Shown piece after piece: positions 60,593-64,000 of a stretch of 64,000 bases of DNA (position 1 is its first letter; every line of letters starts with the position of its first letter). A program made the position numbers and the translations under genes. Source of the DNA: Vicinamibacteria bacterium (GTDB lineage: Bacteria > Acidobacteriota > Vicinamibacteria > Marinacidobacterales > Marinacidobacteraceae); contig OY729431.1 of the NCBI GenBank assembly GCA_963422395.1, positions 1,088,001 through 1,152,000 on the forward strand. The letters run 5' to 3'. A model generated the notes under the pieces. That model saw only the letters and a list, made by a program, of their open reading frames with translations, had not been told where the DNA came from and did no database searches.

Positions 60593-62398
60593 TCATCCGG
60601 TGCGCTTCAGCACCACGAGGGTGAGATCGTCCCGCAGCGGGTTCGAACCGGCGAAGGCCCGAGCGCGCGAGAGCAGGTCGCCGCAGATGTCGCGCGCATT
60701 CCTGCCGCGCGCCTCGGTGAGCGTCTCGAGGATCCGGTGGTCGTCGAACACCGCCCCGGCCGGATCCTCGGCCTCGCTGAGTCCATCGGTGAACATGGTG
60801 AGCAGGTCTCCGGTTTCGAGAAGGCAGCTGCCGACATCGGTCTCGATTTCGGGGAAGAGTCCGAGGACCGTCGAACCCCGGTCGAGCCGTTCGACCTCCC
60901 CGTCCCGCCGGACGAGCAGTGGACGCACATGGCCGGCGTTCAGATAGGAGAACCGGCCGTTGGCAGGATCGAGATGCGCCAGCACTGCGGTCATGTAACG
61001 GGCTTCCTCGGTGTTCTGGTGGAGTAGCTGGTTCAGTTCCGCGGCGGCGCTGTCGAGCCTCGTTTGGCCGTGAAGGAAGAAGGCGCGAAGCGACGCCTGC
61101 ACCGACGCCATGATGAGCGCCGGCCCGGCGCCCTTGCCGGATACATCGGCGATCGTCAGGAAGATGCCCCCGCTGCGCTCGAGGTAATCGTAGTAGTCGC
61201 CCCCGACCGCGAGGCAGGGGATGTTGATGCCCGAGAGGTCCCAGCCCGGCGGGTTCGGGGTCTCGGCGGGAAGGAATCGCGCCTGGATGCGCCGCGCCGC
61301 CTCCAGCTCCTTCTCCTTCTCGATCGCGGCCCGGGTGAGGCGCATACTCTCCACCGCCGCCGCCGCCTGTCCGGCGAGCGAGGCGAGAAACGCGCGATCC
61401 GCGGACGACAGGTCCCGCCCGAAGCCGGCGGCTCCGAGGAAGAGAGCGCCGCGCACCAGGCCGGAGGCGAAGGGGACGATCCAGCCGATCGAGAGTTCGG
61501 CGAGCGCGCGGGCGGTTTCTGGATTCTGCAGGCGGTCGGCTGGCAGGATCTCCTGTTCCTCGGCGACGAGTCCGGCGGCACGGAGGAAAAGCGTCGAATC
61601 CTCTTTCGGCCGCCGGGGCCCCCTGGCTGCGAGCACTCGGCCCGCGCCCACCACCACTCCTCGGCTGGCGAGCACATGCCCCATCGCTCCGTTGAGGAGC
61701 AGATCCCAGACGGCGCTTTCCTCGTGCGCCCGGTGCATGCCCGCGGTCAGGTCCATCAGGGACCGCAGCTGGTACACCTGGAGGGCGAGCCGGCGGTTCA
61801 CCGTGTGCAGTTCTTCGTCGCGGCGGCACCGTTCGAGAGCGGCCGCCGCCGAGATCGCAAGGGCTTCGAGAAAGTCGCTTTCGGATCCGGTGAGTTCGGG
61901 GTGCGCCCCTCCCAGGAGCAGCAATCCCGAAAGATTCTCCCGAGTGCGCAGGAGCGCTGCCGCTGCCGCGCCGGACTGCTCCATCACCCGCTGGAAGGGT
62001 GCGAAAGCAGCGTCGCGCAAGCCGTCCGCACTCGCGCACCGGAGCACCGCCTCTCCGGGAAGTCGGTCGGGAACCTCGAAGCGCAGTTCCTCCCAGCCGG
62101 GGCTTCGGGCGCCGCGGCGGCCGGCGGGGCGCAGCCCCCCCTCTCCGTCGGGAAGGAGCAACCCGGCCCAGCGGGCTCCGGTTTCCCCGATCCCGACCAG
62201 CAGGATCAGCGATGCGACCTCCTCGGCGTTCAATCCATCGGTCAGCGCGGCGCTGAAGTCGGTCAGTGCCAGGAGTTCGGAGAGCCGCCGCTCGAGGTCG
62301 GAGTCGAGACGGTCGAAGTGGGGGGCGAGGAGGCGTTGATAGCGGGCGCCGGTGGAGCAGCGCCCCTCGGCGCCCGATCCCGTCCGGCTCTCAGCCAC
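60593..62398 (-). CDS. GAF-GAF-PP2C (SpoIIE/RsbU-like) serine phosphatase
   Basis: Two GAF-like segments, then VGGDYYD, ADVSGKG, NAGH, TDG and DDLT. Start GTG 62398 overlaps the upstream gene's stop region. Confidence 0.88.
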   Translation of the reverse strand: MAESRTGSGAEGRCSTGARYQRLLAPHFDRLDSDLERRLSELLALTDFSAALTDGLNAEEVASLILLVGIGETGARWAGLLLPDGEGGLRPAGRRGARSPGWEELRFEVPDRLPGEAVLRCASADGLRDAAFAPFQRVMEQSGAAAAALLRTRENLSGLLLLGGAHPELTGSESDFLEALAISAAAALERCRRDEELHTVNRRLALQVYQLRSLMDLTAGMHRAHEESAVWDLLLNGAMGHVLASRGVVVGAGRVLAARGPRRPKEDSTLFLRAAGLVAEEQEILPADRLQNPETARALAELSIGWIVPFASGLVRGALFLGAAGFGRDLSSADRAFLASLAGQAAAAVESMRLTRAAIEKEKELEAARRIQARFLPAETPNPPGWDLSGINIPCLAVGGDYYDYLERSGGIFLTIADVSGKGAGPALIMASVQASLRAFFLHGQTRLDSAAAELNQLLHQNTEEARYMTAVLAHLDPANGRFSYLNAGHVRPLLVRRDGEVERLDRGSTVLGLFPEIETDVGSCLLETGDLLTMFTDGLSEAEDPAGAVFDDHRILETLTEARGRNARDICGDLLSRARAFAGSNPLRDDLTLVVLKRTG

Positions 62399-62858
62399 TC
62401 GAAGTTCCGGAGGCTGTCTCGGACTTCTGCCGCTCGAGGATCCAGAGCCCAACGCCGGGAGACGGTTCCTCGTGGAGGACACGGTCCATGAGCCGCCGCA
62501 TGAGGTGGACGCCGAGCCCGCCTCGCCGGCGTTCGCGGGCCAGCCGGCCGAGGTCCACGCCGGTGGGGAGATCGCCCGGTGCGTCTCCCCGGTGCTCCAG
62601 CTCGATCCGGAGCAGGGAGGGGCCGGGAACGAACCGCAGCCGAACTTCGTGCCCCGGCTCGCTCCGGTAGGCGTGTTCCACCACATTCGTCATCGCTTCT
62701 CCCACCGCGACGGCGATCTCCTCTGCTGCTGCGGCATTGAACCCCCCGGCCATCGCCGTCCGCCGGGTCGCCTCATGAACCAGGGTCAGTGACTCCGGAG
62801 CCGCCGGGACATCCATCTGGAACGGCGCGCGCGGCCTCGGCGCGCGTTCTCGGGCCAC
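62391..62858 (-). CDS. Anti-sigma factor / serine kinase (RsbW-like HATPase)
   Basis: AVGEAMTNVVEHAY and GGLGVHLMRRLMD motifs. Confidence 0.88.
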   Translation of the reverse strand: MARERAPRPRAPFQMDVPAAPESLTLVHEATRRTAMAGGFNAAAAEEIAVAVGEAMTNVVEHAYRSEPGHEVRLRFVPGPSLLRIELEHRGDAPGDLPTGVDLGRLARERRRGGLGVHLMRRLMDRVLHEEPSPGVGLWILERQKSETASGTSSG

Positions 62859-62864
62859 GGCTCG

Positions 62865-63215
62865 TCAGTCGTTCGCGAAGCTCGCGACGGCTTCCTCCTC
62901 CTCGTCGAAGGTCTGACACAACCGGTCGAAGCCCAGGACCCGAAAGATGTGCCCCACGGTACGGGTGAGACGGGCGACCCGGATGTCCCCGCCCCGGGCC
63001 CGCACTTCCTCGATGAGCCCCATGATCGCTCCGAAGCCGGCGCTCGCCACATAGGACAGGTGCACCCCGCTGATGACGATCCGGGTGTCGCCCGCTTCCA
63101 CGAGCCCGTTCAGGGTGCTCTCGAATCCGGCGACGGTGTGCGCGTTGATGAAACCTCGCGGTTCGACGACGACCACGGCGCCGAAGCGGCGGGTGGTGAC
63201 CTCGAGATCGGGCAT
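62865..63215 (-). CDS. STAS anti-sigma antagonist (RsbV-like)
   Basis: LSYVASAGFG (phosphorylatable Ser); 116 aa. Confidence 0.88.
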   Translation of the reverse strand: MPDLEVTTRRFGAVVVVEPRGFINAHTVAGFESTLNGLVEAGDTRIVISGVHLSYVASAGFGAIMGLIEEVRARGGDIRVARLTRTVGHIFRVLGFDRLCQTFDEEEEAVASFAND

Positions 63216-63219
63216 CGGC

Positions 63220-64000
63220 TCAGTATCCAGCCGGAAGCCCGGGAACAGACGAGGCGGCTTCGATCATGCTCGATCGCAGTCTCGGACCGAAGTCGAAGGA
63301 CTCGGGATCGCGCACTCGGGAGACATCGTGCTCGAGTTGCGCCCGCAGCGGGTCGGCCCCAGCGAAGGCTGCGATCGGGCGCAGGAAGGCGCGGAAGCAG
63401 AGTCGGAGCGCGGAGACCTGCCCGGAGAAGCCGATCAGGTGGGCTTCGAGCGAGGGCGAGTCGCGAAAAGTGGGCCGGGGACCGTGGTGCACGACGGCAC
63501 GGAAACGGCGGGCCGCGGCAACCGTGGCGAGGGAACCGACCATCGCCTCGGCGGCGTACACCCCGTGGGGTAGCAACACTTCGTCTTCCGGCTCCAGGTT
63601 CGCGGTCGGAAACCCGAGGGTGCGGCCTCTTCCCCGGCCCGGGACCACGACGCCGGCGATCTCGTAGGGACGCCCGAGGAGCGCGGCGGCGAGGTCGAGA
63701 TCTCCGGCGGCCAGGGCGTCTCGAATCCGGGAAGAGGAGATCGGGGATCCCTTCCAGGAGACCGTCGGGGCCTCGATGAGGCGGAATCCGTGCTGTGCGC
63801 CGAGTTCGCGCAGGGTGTCGAGATCGCCGCTTCGGCCGCGGCCGAAGCGGAAGTTCCTGCCCTGGACTACGGCCCGGGCGCCGAGGCGCGAAACGAGCAG
63901 GCGTTCGACGAACTCGGCAGGGGTGATCCGCGCGAGCGCCGCATTGAACTCGACCACCAGCAGGCGCTGAACCCCCACGCTCTCCAGTTGCTCCGCCTTC
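63220..64000 (-). CDS. ribF: Bifunctional riboflavin kinase/FAD synthetase (5'-partial)
   Basis: NFRFG, ISSSRIR, GRTLGFPTAN, GVYA and RPTF...EAH motifs. Confidence 0.92.
   Translation of the reverse strand, partial: KAEQLESVGVQRLLVVEFNAALARITPAEFVERLLVSRLGARAVVQGRNFRFGRGRSGDLDTLRELGAQHGFRLIEAPTVSWKGSPISSSRIRDALAAGDLDLAAALLGRPYEIAGVVVPGRGRGRTLGFPTANLEPEDEVLLPHGVYAAEAMVGSLATVAAARRFRAVVHHGPRPTFRDSPSLEAHLIGFSGQVSALRLCFRAFLRPIAAFAGADPLRAQLEHDVSRVRDPESFDFGPRLRSSMIEAASSVPGLPAGY

Overview
High-GC bacterial chromosomal window. Gene content and style suggest an Acidobacteriota-like genome (inference). It is mostly housekeeping: cdsA, rseP, dxr, an OSBS/NAAAR enolase, HEAT-cyclophilin, tgt-yajC-secDF, two TonBs with ExbB-ExbD-ExbD-TPR, relA/spoT, an HCF101-like Mrp, a TonB-dependent receptor, an S9 peptidase, korAB, Ku plus a ligase-only LigD, clpB, kbl, queG, fprA, an ECF/anti-sigma/RND operon, a Cys/Met-family PLP enzyme, tRNA-Gly/Cys/Leu, yraN, cysS, an RsbVWU-like module and ribF. 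Mobile DNA comprises one intact IS481-family element, an orphan IS481 end, and a ~194-bp MITE family (2 full copies, 2 partial) that shares CTAG-type sites with the IS481. Reading the intergenic DNA reveals hidden gene remnants: a sigma70 fragment, an ankyrin repeat and a Nudix C-terminus. The best candidates for uncharacterised systems are (1) an A-type Fe-S carrier / LGHWYL membrane protein / Tat-exported class-V PLP enzyme / 4xCxxC membrane protein operon, (2) an RND adaptor with a triplicated C-terminal motif under ECF control, and (3) a beta-barrel / GHMP kinase / Rieske operon. No CRISPR array or rRNA was seen. All calls come from reading motifs by eye; no database searches were run.
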